Source: an uncultured Acidobacteriota bacterium
GTDB taxonomy: Bacteria; Acidobacteriota; Vicinamibacteria; Vicinamibacterales; 2-12-FULL-66-21
Length of the DNA: 64,000 bases
Direction: 5' to 3'
NCBI GenBank assembly: GCA_963810305.1
Contig: CAWEMY010000011.1
Coordinates: 200,912 to 264,911, forward strand
Shown here: positions 27,259 through 37,981 of the stretch, in pieces
How positions within the stretch are numbered: position 1 is the stretch's first letter
How the letters are laid out: the number at the start of each line of letters is the position of its first letter
Program-made: the position numbers and the translations under genes
Notes under the pieces: generated by a model
What the model was told of the DNA's origin: nothing
Databases searched by the model: none
Seen by the model: the letters and a program-made list of their open reading frames with translations, nothing else

Positions 27259-27291
27259 TGCAGAAGTTTAGTGCCGGACTGCCCGCGCAGC

Positions 27292-28065
27292 TCACAGCGC
27301 GCGCCCCAGCACCGCTTCGAGCTTCGGACGATAGCCACGGCTCAGCGTCAACGTCGTTCCGTTCTTCAGCACCAGCGTGAAGTCGCCGTGGAAGTCCGGC
27401 AGCAGTTCGCGGACGCGGTCGATCTGCACGATTGACGAGCGATGGACGCGGACGAACCGGTCGGGATCCAGCTCCCGCTCGAGACGGCCCATCGTGTCGC
27501 GCACTAAGTACTCGCGCGAACCGGCATGAAGCGTGACGTAGTTGTCAGCCGCGCCGATCCAGTCGACATCCGCGAGATCGAGCACATGAACTCTCCCCTC
27601 GGTGCGCACCGGGATCCTCGTCAGATGCTTTCGTCCGGGGGCGAGAGCCTCGAGGAGCGCCAGTACGCGATCGTCCACTCGCACGCCCTGTCTCTCTTCC
27701 ACGCGCACTCTGGCGCGGGAGATGGCGGTCGCCAGGCGTTCGGCCTCGACGGGCTTCAAAACGTAGTCGAGCGCGTGTACCTCGAACGCGCGCAGGGCAT
27801 ATTGGTCGTACGCGGTCACGAAGATGACGACCGGAATTTCCTCCGGAGACATCGCCTGAAGTAATGCGAACCCGTCCAGCTCCGGCATCTGCACATCGAG
27901 AAGGACGATATCCGGTGAGAGCTCGCGGATCATGTCGAGGGCCGTCGCCCCGTCGCCGCATTCACCGGCGACGACGACCTCCGCGATCGCGCGCAGCAGC
28001 CGTCGCAGCCGTCTCCGTGCGACCGGTTCATCGTCGACGATCAGGACGCGGAGCGGGTCGCTCAT
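27292..28065 (-). CDS. LytR/AlgR-family response regulator (REC + LytTR)
   Basis: VLIVDDEP...DIVLLDVQMPELDG receiver domain, with a LytTR-type C-terminal DNA-binding domain. Confidence 0.9.
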   Translation of the reverse strand: MSDPLRVLIVDDEPVARRRLRRLLRAIAEVVVAGECGDGATALDMIRELSPDIVLLDVQMPELDGFALLQAMSPEEIPVVIFVTAYDQYALRAFEVHALDYVLKPVEAERLATAISRARVRVEERQGVRVDDRVLALLEALAPGRKHLTRIPVRTEGRVHVLDLADVDWIGAADNYVTLHAGSREYLVRDTMGRLERELDPDRFVRVHRSSIVQIDRVRELLPDFHGDFTLVLKNGTTLTLSRGYRPKLEAVLGRAL

Positions 28066-29112
28066 TCACGTCCTCGCCGCGTCGGTCTGAAACGGGACCA
28101 CAATCTGCACGCGGGTGCCTCCGGCCGGCCGGCTGGCGATGTCGAACACATGGGTGTCGCCGTACACGGCCTTGAGACGCTCGCGTATGTTGCTGAGGCC
28201 GATCCCGTCCCGAATGGCTGCCGGATCGATTCCCGGTCCATCGTCTTCGACTTCTATGATCAGGCGGTCCGCGTCACGCCGGGCGCGGATGATGATGCTG
28301 CCGGCAAACCGGTGAGCCCCGATTCCGTGCTTGATCGAGTTCTCGACGAGCGGCTGAAGAATGAAGATCGGCACCAATGCCGCAGTGATGTCGTCAGGGC
28401 GCTCGACACGGGCGCTCAGGCGATCGCCGAATCGCGCGTGCTGGATGTCCAGATACTTCGACGTCAGCTCGAGCTCACGGTCGAGCCGGACCAGATCAAC
28501 ACCACCGGAGTCGAGCGTCTCGCGAAGGAGTTGGCTCAATCCGGTAATCATTCTTTCGGCAGTCGCCGGACTCTCGTGGACCAGCTCCGCGATCGCATTG
28601 AGGGTATTGAAAAGAAAGTGGGGATGGAGCTGCATGCTGAGAAGTTGCAGCCGCGCATCGGCGAGCCGCGCCTCGGCATGCAGCGCACGCAGCTCGCGTT
28701 CGCGCTCGCCGCGGTAGTACGCGTGGACGTGAACCACCGCGATGATGCCCCAGTAAATCAGATAGTGTGTGGTGAGGTTGCTCAAGAGGAAGTACTGGTG
28801 GACCCCCATCGCGTTCCGCGCCATGCGCGTGAGTGACACCTTGAGAATCGCCACCGGCAGGCCGACAGCCGCCAGGATCAGCGCACGGCGCACCCAGGCG
28901 CTGCGGGTGAGCAGCAGACGTCTCGCGAGCCATGCGACCAGCGGCGTCAGGGCCGCCCATACGTACCACTCCGTCAACGCCATCGAGAGCGTGAGGCCCC
29001 ACCGCGGAGGCTGATACGTGATCGCGTAGGTGAGCGAACTGCTGACCGCGAAAACCACGGCGAGCAGCGTCCAGCCGGCAAGAACGGCCAGCCATAGCAG
29101 GCTTCGGCGCAT
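28066..29112 (-). CDS. LytS/YehU-type sensor histidine kinase
   Basis: Four N-terminal TM helices, LHPHFLFNTLNAI (His_kinase region) and an HATPase tail (ENSIKHG...DDGPGI). Its stop codon directly abuts the response-regulator start. Confidence 0.9.
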   Translation of the reverse strand: MRRSLLWLAVLAGWTLLAVVFAVSSSLTYAITYQPPRWGLTLSMALTEWYVWAALTPLVAWLARRLLLTRSAWVRRALILAAVGLPVAILKVSLTRMARNAMGVHQYFLLSNLTTHYLIYWGIIAVVHVHAYYRGERERELRALHAEARLADARLQLLSMQLHPHFLFNTLNAIAELVHESPATAERMITGLSQLLRETLDSGGVDLVRLDRELELTSKYLDIQHARFGDRLSARVERPDDITAALVPIFILQPLVENSIKHGIGAHRFAGSIIIRARRDADRLIIEVEDDGPGIDPAAIRDGIGLSNIRERLKAVYGDTHVFDIASRPAGGTRVQIVVPFQTDAART

Positions 29113-29160
29113 GCAGGATCTTACTGGGTCCGTGGGGCCCCAATGGTCCGCCGGTGATGG

Positions 29161-29550
29161 TTAACGGACGGCAGGTGCCTCGGTCGACGCCGCTCCCGCC
29201 CGTCGCGTCCAGTACGCGCGACGCGCGAAGGCGACGATCCCGAGGACGCTGAAGAACACCAGCTCGCCAACGCCGCTCCCTCCGTGTGTCAGTCGTGTAA
29301 TGGCGGCTCCGACCATGACCACCATCAGCGTCAGTGCCGCGGGAGTGGCGAGCTTCGGCACCAGGAGTGCCAGTCCGCATACGGCCTCAATACCGCCAAT
29401 CACCAGGTAAAAGTGATCCGGGTAGCCCCACACTCGGAACATGCGCTCCCAGGCAGGACTCGTGAACTTCTGGATACCCGAACCGGTCATCGCCAGTGCC
29501 ATCAACGCTTGCAACAACCACACGCCACCGATCCGTAACTTGCGCATCAA
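29161..29550 (-). CDS. DoxX-family membrane protein
   Basis: 129 aa with four TM segments. GSGIQKF...GIEAVCGLALL pattern. Confidence 0.75.
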   Translation of the reverse strand: MMRKLRIGGVWLLQALMALAMTGSGIQKFTSPAWERMFRVWGYPDHFYLVIGGIEAVCGLALLVPKLATPAALTLMVVMVGAAITRLTHGGSGVGELVFFSVLGIVAFARRAYWTRRAGAASTEAPAVR

Positions 29551-29655
29551 TCACCCCCAAGGAGAGGGATCGTCCGCTACAGGGCAGCGTCCGGCGCAGC
29601 TGATTGGGGTGAGTTGGAGAATATCGGGGCAGACTGGACGACCTCCCCGGGGCCT

Positions 29656-29757
29656 GCGACCCGTGATCGACGACCCGTGCTCGACGCCCCGCGCTCCGCG
29701 AACTGCGCCGCGACCCGCGCTCCGCGACCCGCGAACCGCGAACCGCGAACCGCGAAT
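29656..29757. repeat. CGCGA(A/C)C heptamer tandem array
   Basis: Degenerate units from about 29656. Near-perfect units cgcgacc, cgcgaac x3 and cgcgaat at 29723-29757, ending 10 nt before the peptidase start codon. Confidence 0.9.
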
Positions 29758-29767
29758 ATACTGCGGC

Positions 29768-31481
29768 ATGCACCGCCGATATCTGATCCCCGCCCTTTTC
29801 ATCGCCATTGTCGCCCCCGGCGTGATGGCCGAGCAGCCGTCACGCGGCGGTGTCAGCTCGATCACGGAAGCGAACTTGAAGGAGTGGCTGACCTACATCG
29901 CGTCCGACGAGCTCCAGGGGCGCGCGACCTATACCGAGGGCCTTGGCCTCGCGGCGGGTTATATCGCCGGCCACCTGAAGGAGTGGGGAGTGAAGCCGGC
30001 CGGCGAGCACGGCAGTTATCTTCAGACCGTGAAGGTGCAGGGCATCCGCACCAACAGCAAGGCATCCGTCACCGTGGACGTCAACGGCCAGTCGCGGACG
30101 TTCAAGGACGGCGAAGGGATCACCTTCTCGCGCCAGATGGGAGCGAAGCAGACGATCGACGCAGGCGATGTGATCTTTGCCGGATACGGGCTGCAGATCC
30201 CCGCAGCCGACTTGAATGATTACGCCGAGGGTTCTCCGAAGGGAAAGGTTGTCGTCTATCTCGGCGCGCAGGGTCCGGCGACGCTACCGGCAGGATCCGG
30301 CAGGCTGCTCATCGCGCGCGGCCGTTCCGCGGTCGAAAAGGGGGCTGCGGCGGTGATTTCTCCGGGAAGCGCGTTCACCGGCCGTGGCGGCACTCCAGCA
30401 GTACCCGCGGCGCCGACCGGCGGTCGAGGCCAGCAGCCGGCCGACAATGGTGATTTCACGACCGTCCAGCGATACGACGCGGTCGTCACACCGCAACTGT
30501 CGGCGCAGGACTCCTTTCTTCGAATTCCTCTTCAGCGGGTCGGACCTGAAGTACGCGGACCTGAAGGCAATGGCGGACAAGCGCGAGCCCCTGCCACGCT
30601 TTGCGCTCAAGGGCGTGAAGGTGACGATCAACGTGGATGCCGACTATCAGATCGTTCGCACCCGGCGCACCAACAACGTGGTCGGCATCGTCGAGGGCAG
30701 TGACCCGAACCTCAAGGACACCTACGTCGCCTTCGGCGCGCACTACGACCACGTCGGTTATCGCGAGGGAGGAGTACCGGCGGGCGGTGGCGCGGATCCA
30801 GGGGGATGCACGGGCCAGGTGCGACCCACGCCCGATCCCGGCGACGTCATCAGTAATGGCGCAGACGACGATGGATCCGGGACGGTGGCGCTGATGGCGC
30901 TCGCAAAAGCGTTTGCGACTGGACCGAAACCGAAGCGGTCACTGCTCTTCGTCTGGCACGCGGGCGAAGAAAGCGGGCTCCTCGGGTCGCGGTATCACGC
31001 CGACTTCCCGGTCGTGCCGCTCGACAAGATCGTCGCGCAGCTCAACATCGACATGATCGGCAGGAACCGATGCGACGATCCGGCGCAGTCGAACACCGTC
31101 TTCGTCGTCGGAGCAGACCGTATCAGCACCGAGCTTCACAACGTCAACGAGGATGCGAACCAGTCGCTGTCGAAGCCGTTGACGATGGATTACGAGATGA
31201 ATGACCCGGCCGATCCGCAATCGATCTACACGCGGAGCGATCACTACAGCTACGCCCTGAAGGGGATCCCGATCATTTTCTACTTCACCGGTCTGCACAA
31301 GGATTACCACTTCGTGACCGACGAAGTGTCGAAGATCGAGTTCCCGAAGATGGCGCGGGTGACGCAACTCGTGTACACGACCGGTCAGCGGGTCGCCAAC
31401 ATGGACAAGCCGCCAACGCGGGACAACAAGGGCCCGCGCGCCGGCAAGGGAACTTCAGGGAAGCTCCCGACGGACCGGTAG
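29768..31481 (+). pseudogene. Secreted M28-family aminopeptidase (PA domain + M28 catalytic domain) with one frameshift at the TTT run near 30517
   Basis: Signal peptide MHRRYLIPALFIAIVAPGVMA. The second frame carries NVVGIVEG, AHYDHVG, GADDDGSGTVALMALAKAF and WHAGEESGLLGS. Confidence 0.8.
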
Positions 31482-31487
31482 CGCCGC

Positions 31488-31552
31488 GGACGGTAGAGGC
31501 CGGCGGACGGTAGAGGCCGGCGGACTGGTAGAGGCCGGCTTTAGCCGGCCTC
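31488..31552. repeat. REP-like family B: two truncated heads plus one complete hairpin (possible bidirectional terminator)
   Basis: ggacggtagaggccggc appears twice, followed by ggactggtagaggccggctttagccggcctc. It sits between two convergent stop codons (31481 and 31556). Confidence 0.85.
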
Positions 31553-31555
31553 CCC

Positions 31556-32091
31556 TTATTGAATCCTGACCAGCTGACCGCGCACGACGCCCGAGGGATT
31601 CAGCGCGGTGTGGGCGTTGAAGTAGAACCCGTTCGGATTGTTCAGGATTTCGTTGGTATCCGACTGGTCTACCGCGATGTTCTCGAAGCGCTGCCCGGTA
31701 ATCCCGCCGTTCACGAGCGGAATCGCCGTCGCGCGGTGAGCCCGGTGTTGACCTCGACACCGCCGGCGACGCCGGCGAGACCGCGATGAATGTGCGCGAG
31801 GATCCACGTGCTGCCGGCTGGGAAACCGCTCATGTTCACGATGAAGGTGGCCGTGGCACCGGTGACGTTGTTCCCTGCATCGCGGTTCAGGCGAAATTCA
31901 ATCCGGACGTCACCACGTGCGTTTGTTTCCAGCCCCGTGCTCGACGGTGTGTTTCCGCCCACTTCGTTCTGTGCGCTCAGCTGCGCCGTGAATACCGCCA
32001 GGTTCGGATCGGCCGGAGACGTCGGCGTATCGTCGTCGCACGCAGCCAGACCGGTTGCCAGCATCAAGACCAGGAATCCCCGTTTCAGCAT
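31556..32091 (-). pseudogene. CHRD-domain lipoprotein with one frameshift near 31732
   Basis: Signal/lipobox MLKRGFLVLMLATGLAAC. HIHRGLAGVAGGV is in one frame, and FYFNAHTALNPSGVVRGQL (the CHRD C-terminal signature) is in another. Confidence 0.75.
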
Positions 32092-32105
32092 GTGGTCCTC
32101 CCCAC

Positions 32106-32993
32106 TCAGAATTTTCGCGTGATGTTGAACCCCAGATAGATAGCATTCGGCGTGCCGCCGCGCGCGATCTGGCCGGGGGTAGTTGCGAAGGAGTTCGTCA
32201 GATTCAATTGCAGCGTGTGGCCGCGCGTCCACTTCTCGACCCCGACGCCCCACATGTGCTCGCCGGGATCGTGACCGGAGAGCCGCGGCGTGTACTCACC
32301 GACGACGAAGACTGTCGGCCGGACGCGTAGACGGCCTCCCAGACCGACGTAGAACGTGGCCTTGTGCGAGGCATGATCTTCTTCATCCTGCCCGTCACGG
32401 CCAGGCGCAGTCTTGTGGTCGTGATCGTGGTCGATTGAACCCCCGGCGACCCGCTCGGCGTCGAACGTGCCGTAGACGTAGGTCGGGGAGGCATACAGCG
32501 CCAGTGCCTGACCCCACGTTCGTGAGAAGACCGCTCCGGCTCCGGGTTGGTGACCGTCCTGCAGGTTGTCGAGCGCTTCCATCGAGGCGAAACCTGAGAC
32601 CCCGAACGGCAGCCCCTTGTCCTGACGAACGGCATCCCAGCGCGAGAACAGTTGCAGCGCCTTATTCAGTGTGGAGCGATGGATGCCGATCTGGATGTTT
32701 TCTTCGACGGCAAACCGGTATTCGAAGCCGATGACGGCGCCGTTGTCCAGGGCGAAGAGGTCGTTCGCGAGATCCGAAAAATCGCCGAGCTTCAGGTCAC
32801 GGGCGAAACGGTGCGTCAGCCTGAAATACCCATGATGCCGCGCCATTGACTGGGTCGTCGGCAAGGCGATCAGGTTCAGCTCGATTTGGGGATCGGCGCT
32901 TCTGCCGGGGGCGGCCGGCGCATCCTGCGCAAAAGCGGGTGACGCGATGAAGAGCAGGGATGCGGTGAGGGCAGAGAGGCAGCGAACGGACAT
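32106..32993 (-). CDS. Outer-membrane beta-barrel-like protein (DUF5777-like)
   Basis: The ATG at 32993 gives a signal peptide (ASPAFAQD). Alternating beta-strand pattern with a C-terminal ...LGFNITRKF ending in Phe. Confidence 0.65.
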   Translation of the reverse strand: MSVRCLSALTASLLFIASPAFAQDAPAAPGRSADPQIELNLIALPTTQSMARHHGYFRLTHRFARDLKLGDFSDLANDLFALDNGAVIGFEYRFAVEENIQIGIHRSTLNKALQLFSRWDAVRQDKGLPFGVSGFASMEALDNLQDGHQPGAGAVFSRTWGQALALYASPTYVYGTFDAERVAGGSIDHDHDHKTAPGRDGQDEEDHASHKATFYVGLGGRLRVRPTVFVVGEYTPRLSGHDPGEHMWGVGVEKWTRGHTLQLNLTNSFATTPGQIARGGTPNAIYLGFNITRKF

Positions 32994-33125
32994 ACGGTCC
33001 TCGGTGCGAGAGGCAAGCCCCGTGCCCGGCTGTGAGTCACTTATCGCAACGCAATCAATCACTTACAGTGCCTAGCTTACCCTTTCGGTAAGGCTGTTAC
33101 GTCGCGGGTAACAGATAATCGATTC

Positions 33126-33869
33126 ATGAGAAAGAAGGCCGCTGCGGGCCTTCGCGCCGTCTGGACGCACCTGGCGTCGCGCGATCGCGACGAATTGCGG
33201 CTGTTGCTCGGCGCCTTCGCGCTCGTGGGGATCATCCTGGCTCTCATGGCGCTGGTCGGGAATGTGCTCGAGGGAGATACGCAGCAGTTCGACGAGCGCT
33301 TGCTCAAATCCCTGCGCAAGGCTGACGCGCCGGCCGAACCGCTGGGGCCGCGATGGTTGAAGCTCGCCGCGTTCGACATCACTGCGCTCGGTGGCCCGAC
33401 GGTGCTCGGACTCACGGTCGTCGGCGTCACCGGCTATCTGCTCCTGCACGGCCTCTATCGCAACGCGCTGTTCGTGCTGACCGCCAGTGTCGGCGGATGG
33501 ATCATCAACGATGTCCTCAAGGTGCTGTTCGCGCGGCCGCGTCCCTCGATCGTCCCGCATCTCAGGGAAGTGTCCAGTCTCAGCTTTCCGAGCGGTCACG
33601 CCCTGACCTCCGCGGTCGTGTTCCTTACGCTCGGGACTCTGCTCATGCGCGTGGCGAAGAAGCCGTTAGCCAAGTGGTATTGCATCGCCGTTGCCATGGG
33701 CGCAACCGCACTCGTCGGCGCAAGCCGTGTCTACCTCGGCGTGCACTATCCAAGCGACGTCGTTGCCGGATGGCTGATCGGGCTCTCCTGGGCGTTGATC
33801 TGCTGGATGGTCGAACGCGCGGTGGAACGCCGGTACGGTCTGAAGAAGGAACGCGCGGAGGCAAGCTAG
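33126..33869 (+). CDS. PAP2-family phosphatase
   Basis: KVLFARPRP, SFPSGH and SRVYLGVHYPSDV (the three PAP2 motifs). Polytopic. Confidence 0.9.
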   Translation: MRKKAAAGLRAVWTHLASRDRDELRLLLGAFALVGIILALMALVGNVLEGDTQQFDERLLKSLRKADAPAEPLGPRWLKLAAFDITALGGPTVLGLTVVGVTGYLLLHGLYRNALFVLTASVGGWIINDVLKVLFARPRPSIVPHLREVSSLSFPSGHALTSAVVFLTLGTLLMRVAKKPLAKWYCIAVAMGATALVGASRVYLGVHYPSDVVAGWLIGLSWALICWMVERAVERRYGLKKERAEAS

Positions 33870-33882
33870 AATTTTTCCTGAG

Positions 33883-34854
33883 ATGAGAGGCTTCACTCTT
33901 GCCCTCGCGACGATCGTGACGGTAGCGGTGCCATCGCAGAGAGACGAGCCATTTCTTCTCGCCGTTCTGAATCGTGACGGGCTGGCCCAGCCGTTTGCGG
34001 CGTTCGACGGGCGCCGGTGGAAGGCGCCGTGGCCGGATCACCGGCAGACCGAACTACCCATCTCGCTCGGGAGCGTTGACTCGGCGTGGTGGGGGATCGG
34101 CGCGCCTCCTTCACGGATGACGCTGTGGGCCCACGGAAGCGCTGTCGCCGAGACCTCGATTACGGCGCTCGCGGCGATCCGCGGCTTATGCTCGGCGCGG
34201 ATCGGTCTGCGCACCGATTACCAATCGAAAACGCTCGCTCCGCCCAGAATGAAGGCGCCCTATCCAAAGGACGGTCTGCTCGTCGCCGGCAGCGCACAGG
34301 TCGGCCCCATCGAGATGGTCGCGCCAGGATCGGAGGAGTGGAACCGCGCCCTGATTCTGCTGACCGATGCCTTCAACAAGGCCGAGTCGCGCGCGATCGC
34401 CTCGTTTGGCGGCTGGCGGCATCCGGTCCGCGAGGAGTCACGGCGGCGTCAGGCGATCACCATCGAAGCGATCTACAAGGCGCCGAGCGACGCCCCCGGC
34501 TGGACGACGTATTTCGTCGAAGCCGTCCGGGAGTACCAACCGACGTCGTTCGTCCCGACCGGACCCCGCGGCCTGGCGCGCAAGGACGATTGCGGCCTGA
34601 CGACGACGGGGCAGGCGTGGGTGCATCTCGGTCCGGGGAACAAGAGTGAGGTGGAGTTGACGTCGCGCGTTACCTACTGCGATCGCAAAGGCGTCAACGT
34701 GATGCTCCCGTTCGGTACCGTCCGCGCCGGCAAGCGCACATACTGGGTCTACCAGTTCTCCGGCTACGAGGATGAGTGGTATCAGGTCGTCCGTCCCGAA
34801 CCAAAAGACATCGAGGTCGCCGTCAGCTTCCACGCAGGTTCGTGCCCTGAGTAG
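33883..34854 (+). CDS. Secreted hypothetical protein
   Basis: 323-aa ORF with a signal-like N-terminus and protein-like composition. No family recognised. Confidence 0.55.
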   Translation: MRGFTLALATIVTVAVPSQRDEPFLLAVLNRDGLAQPFAAFDGRRWKAPWPDHRQTELPISLGSVDSAWWGIGAPPSRMTLWAHGSAVAETSITALAAIRGLCSARIGLRTDYQSKTLAPPRMKAPYPKDGLLVAGSAQVGPIEMVAPGSEEWNRALILLTDAFNKAESRAIASFGGWRHPVREESRRRQAITIEAIYKAPSDAPGWTTYFVEAVREYQPTSFVPTGPRGLARKDDCGLTTTGQAWVHLGPGNKSEVELTSRVTYCDRKGVNVMLPFGTVRAGKRTYWVYQFSGYEDEWYQVVRPEPKDIEVAVSFHAGSCPE

Positions 34855-34934
34855 CGGGGTGCGGGAGTGCGAGGGGTGCGGGGGGTGCGGGATGGGGAGT
34901 GCGAGGGGTGCGGGCGAGTGCAGGGACGCGGGTG
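34855..34934. repeat. G-rich 7-8 nt tandem array (GGGGTGC/GGGAGTGC units; G-quadruplex-type on the + strand)
   Basis: Read directly. It lies between the stop at 34854 and the aspartate kinase start at 34960. Confidence 0.9.
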
Positions 34935-34959
34935 AACCATCAGGACTAGGAATCACGGA

Positions 34960-36186
34960 TTGAGCATCGTCGTCCAGAAGTACGGTGGGAGCAGCGTCGC
35001 GGACGTGGACAAGATTCGCGGCGTTGCCGAACGCGTGATGCGGACGAAACGCGAAGGCCACGGCGTCGTCGTTGTCGTCTCCGCGATGGGAGACACGACC
35101 GACGATCTTCTCGCGCTGGCCAAGCGGGTCTCCGCGAATCCCGATCGCCGTGAGCTGGACATGCTGCTCTCGGCGGGCGAACGGATTTCGATGGCGCTGC
35201 TCTCCATGGCGATCCGGGAGCTCGGCGGTGATGCGATCAGTTTCACCGGGAGCCAGTCGGGGATCATCACCAACGACCGCCACGTCGACGCGCGAATCAT
35301 CGAAGTCAGGCCTTTTCGGGTCCAGGACGAGCTCGCGCGCGGCCGGGTGGTCGTCATCGCGGGCTACCAGGGGGTGTCGTATCGCCGCGAGGTCACCACC
35401 CTCGGCCGTGGCGGCAGCGACACGACGGCCGTAGCGATGGCCGCGGCGCTGAGCGCGGAGTACTGCGAGATCTGCTCAGACGTCGATGGCGTCTACAGCG
35501 CGGATCCACGGATCGTCCACGACGCGCGACGCATCGACACTCTGTCGTACGAAGAGACACAGGAGCTGGCCGAGTCGGGCGCTAAGGTGCTGAACGCGCA
35601 GGCCGTGGAGTTCGCAAAGAATGCGGGCATCGCGATCTATGCGCGTGCGACCGCCTCGGAGCTGCCGGGCGCTGATCCCTCGGCTGACGGCACGGTCGTG
35701 CGCCGGTACGCGCCGCGAACACCGGGTTCCGTCGTTGGCGTCGCCAGCGAGCGGGACGTTTTCGTTCTCCAATCGGCAGGTGACGCCGTCGAACTGCTGG
35801 CCTTGCTCGACGCGCGCGGCGTCGTGGGCAAGCAGCTTCAGTCCACCTCCTTCGGCGCTCCCGGCGATGGCGTGACGCTGGTCATTTCACGCGAGAACCT
35901 GCACGACGAAGGACGGCTGCGCAAGGACATCGATCAGTCGTATGGCGCGGCCGCGTCGCTGGTGGATGGCATCGGTGCGGTCAGCGTGGTCGGCGCCGGC
36001 ATCAACGCGAGCTACGGCAATCTGCTTCGCGGCACGCAAGCGCTGCGCGACGCGGGCATTGCGCCACAGGCGCTCTCTACCTCGTCGTTCCGAATCACCT
36101 GGATCGTTCCGCGTCCTGCGGTGGATGACGCCGTTCGCGCGTTGCATTCGGCGCTCGTCACCGCTGACGTTCCGCGCTTACCGTAG
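34960..36186 (+). CDS. lysC: Aspartate kinase
   Basis: [24 protein letters not shown] and GYQGVS...[19 protein letters not shown], with C-terminal ACT repeats. Apparent TTG start. Confidence 0.9.
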   Translation: MSIVVQKYGGSSVADVDKIRGVAERVMRTKREGHGVVVVVSAMGDTTDDLLALAKRVSANPDRRELDMLLSAGERISMALLSMAIRELGGDAISFTGSQSGIITNDRHVDARIIEVRPFRVQDELARGRVVVIAGYQGVSYRREVTTLGRGGSDTTAVAMAAALSAEYCEICSDVDGVYSADPRIVHDARRIDTLSYEETQELAESGAKVLNAQAVEFAKNAGIAIYARATASELPGADPSADGTVVRRYAPRTPGSVVGVASERDVFVLQSAGDAVELLALLDARGVVGKQLQSTSFGAPGDGVTLVISRENLHDEGRLRKDIDQSYGAAASLVDGIGAVSVVGAGINASYGNLLRGTQALRDAGIAPQALSTSSFRITWIVPRPAVDDAVRALHSALVTADVPRLP

Positions 36187-36289
36187 GAAGCTCGCCCCGA
36201 GGCGCTCGGGCTCCACCTGCGTGCCGCCGTACTCACTCACCGCGCTGGACGACTGCCACCGATGAAATGGACCGCTACGCCTTGCCCGC

Positions 36290-37981
36290 CTAGTTCGCCG
36301 ACGCGGGTCGACCACCCAGCACCGAATGCAGGAACAACGGCTCGAAGAAATCGCACTGCACCTCCCGGGGACGGATGGCTTGATGAATCGTCGAGCCGAA
36401 GACTATGTACTTGTCATTCCCACGTCCCCGCCCCGTCGGGCGCGTGAGGGCCAGCCAGGGGATCACGGATTCGTCGTCAGTGTTGGGACTGCCTGTGGCG
36501 GCGAACCGTGTCCAGTAGCCGCTCATCGAGTCGTGAAGCGCGACGTCTGGAGGAAGGAGCGTGTAGATCGGGAAAGGCGGGGCATAGTTGTTTCCGAAAA
36601 TGATGTTCGACTCGACGCCGTGTATGACGTGATTCAGTGAAAGCGTGTCGATTTCGTATTCGTACGAGACCAAGTACGCCGGCGTGCGGCTCCGCTCGAT
36701 CAGGCGCGCGAGTCGCCGCCCTTCGCAGACAAACTGAGCATCGCCGGTGACGCGGGCCATCGCTTCTTCCGGAGATGGAACGCTGGACTCAGGGTCGACA
36801 TCAGCCGGGTAGAGATCCAGAACGCCTGGTGCATGGGGGCCGAACTCGGTCATCACCCAGTTTTCGTACTGCGCGAGGCTGACGCCGGACGGGAAGCTCC
36901 GCGTAATGAACGCACCCCATCCCTCGTCGCGATTGAAGCCGACGATCGCCGGGACGCGGTGGAAAGCACCCGACTCGAAGAGCAGCCGCGGTTGATCCGG
37001 GATGACGGCGCCATCGACCACCGGTTCCCAGAAGATCCGATTCGGCGGCTCGGCGACTTGTTGGGTGCCCTGAGAGAGCGCCGTCAGCACCGCATCACGG
37101 CTTTTCGAACGCATGCACGTACCAACCTGTGCTGGATCAGTGCAGCCGAGAGCCGTCGCAAAGGCGTCCCCGGTTACCGCTGCCTCCGCGCCCGTCGTCC
37201 ACCGACTGGTGGGATATGCGCTCTGGATGATTGCCCGATGGAAGAGGCCGGAGCTGCCTGGCGAGACGAGATGCAGCCCGACGCTTTGACCTCCGGCTGA
37301 GGTACCCGCGAGCGTGACGTTGTCAGGATCTCCACCGAACTGCGCGATGTTCTCCTGCACCCAGCGGAGCGCGGCTCGCTGATCGAGCAGACCGTAATTG
37401 CCGGCGGTCCCCTCAGGCTCAGCGGCGAGGGCGGGGTGCACGAGAAATCCAAACGGCCCCAATCGGTAGTTCGGCGCGACGACAACCGCGCCCGTCTCTT
37501 CAGCCACTCTGCGGCCGTTGGTCCCGGCGAAGTTGGCTGACGCGCCAGTGAAGGCACCGGTGTGCAGCCACACGATCACGGGCGCTGGACCGTTCGGGAG
37601 CGGGTCGGCAACCCACACATTCAGCCTCAGGCAGTCTTCGCTTCCCGAGAGCGATGGTGTCTGCCCGAAGAAAGAAACGGACGGACAACCGGGCGGAGGG
37701 GTTGTCGCGTTCAGGACCGACGGCGTCCACGGCGTTGCCGGCTGCGGCGGCCTCCACCGGTTGAGGCCCGCTGTGGACGCCGCGAACGGAATACCGAGAA
37801 ACGCGCATGACGCGCCGAGATCGGCTCCTTGAACGTCGCCGGCCGGCAGTGTCACGAAGCAAGAAGACTGAAGCCCTGTTCCTGACAAGTTCTCCTGTTT
37901 CGGTGCGATGAAGCAAGTTGATAGGACCACGGCACTTATCAAGGCACGCTGTCCTGCCATTCGTCCCATGGCGCGTGTCAT
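36290..37981 (-). CDS. Type-B carboxylesterase/lipase-family protein
   Basis: EDCLRLNVW, NYRLGPFGFL, GNYGLLDQRAALRWVQENI and the nucleophile-elbow-like GTSAGG. The ATG at 37981 sits behind AGGAG. Confidence 0.85.
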   Translation of the reverse strand: MTRAMGRMAGQRALISAVVLSTCFIAPKQENLSGTGLQSSCFVTLPAGDVQGADLGASCAFLGIPFAASTAGLNRWRPPQPATPWTPSVLNATTPPPGCPSVSFFGQTPSLSGSEDCLRLNVWVADPLPNGPAPVIVWLHTGAFTGASANFAGTNGRRVAEETGAVVVAPNYRLGPFGFLVHPALAAEPEGTAGNYGLLDQRAALRWVQENIAQFGGDPDNVTLAGTSAGGQSVGLHLVSPGSSGLFHRAIIQSAYPTSRWTTGAEAAVTGDAFATALGCTDPAQVGTCMRSKSRDAVLTALSQGTQQVAEPPNRIFWEPVVDGAVIPDQPRLLFESGAFHRVPAIVGFNRDEGWGAFITRSFPSGVSLAQYENWVMTEFGPHAPGVLDLYPADVDPESSVPSPEEAMARVTGDAQFVCEGRRLARLIERSRTPAYLVSYEYEIDTLSLNHVIHGVESNIIFGNNYAPPFPIYTLLPPDVALHDSMSGYWTRFAATGSPNTDDESVIPWLALTRPTGRGRGNDKYIVFGSTIHQAIRPREVQCDFFEPLFLHSVLGGRPASAN

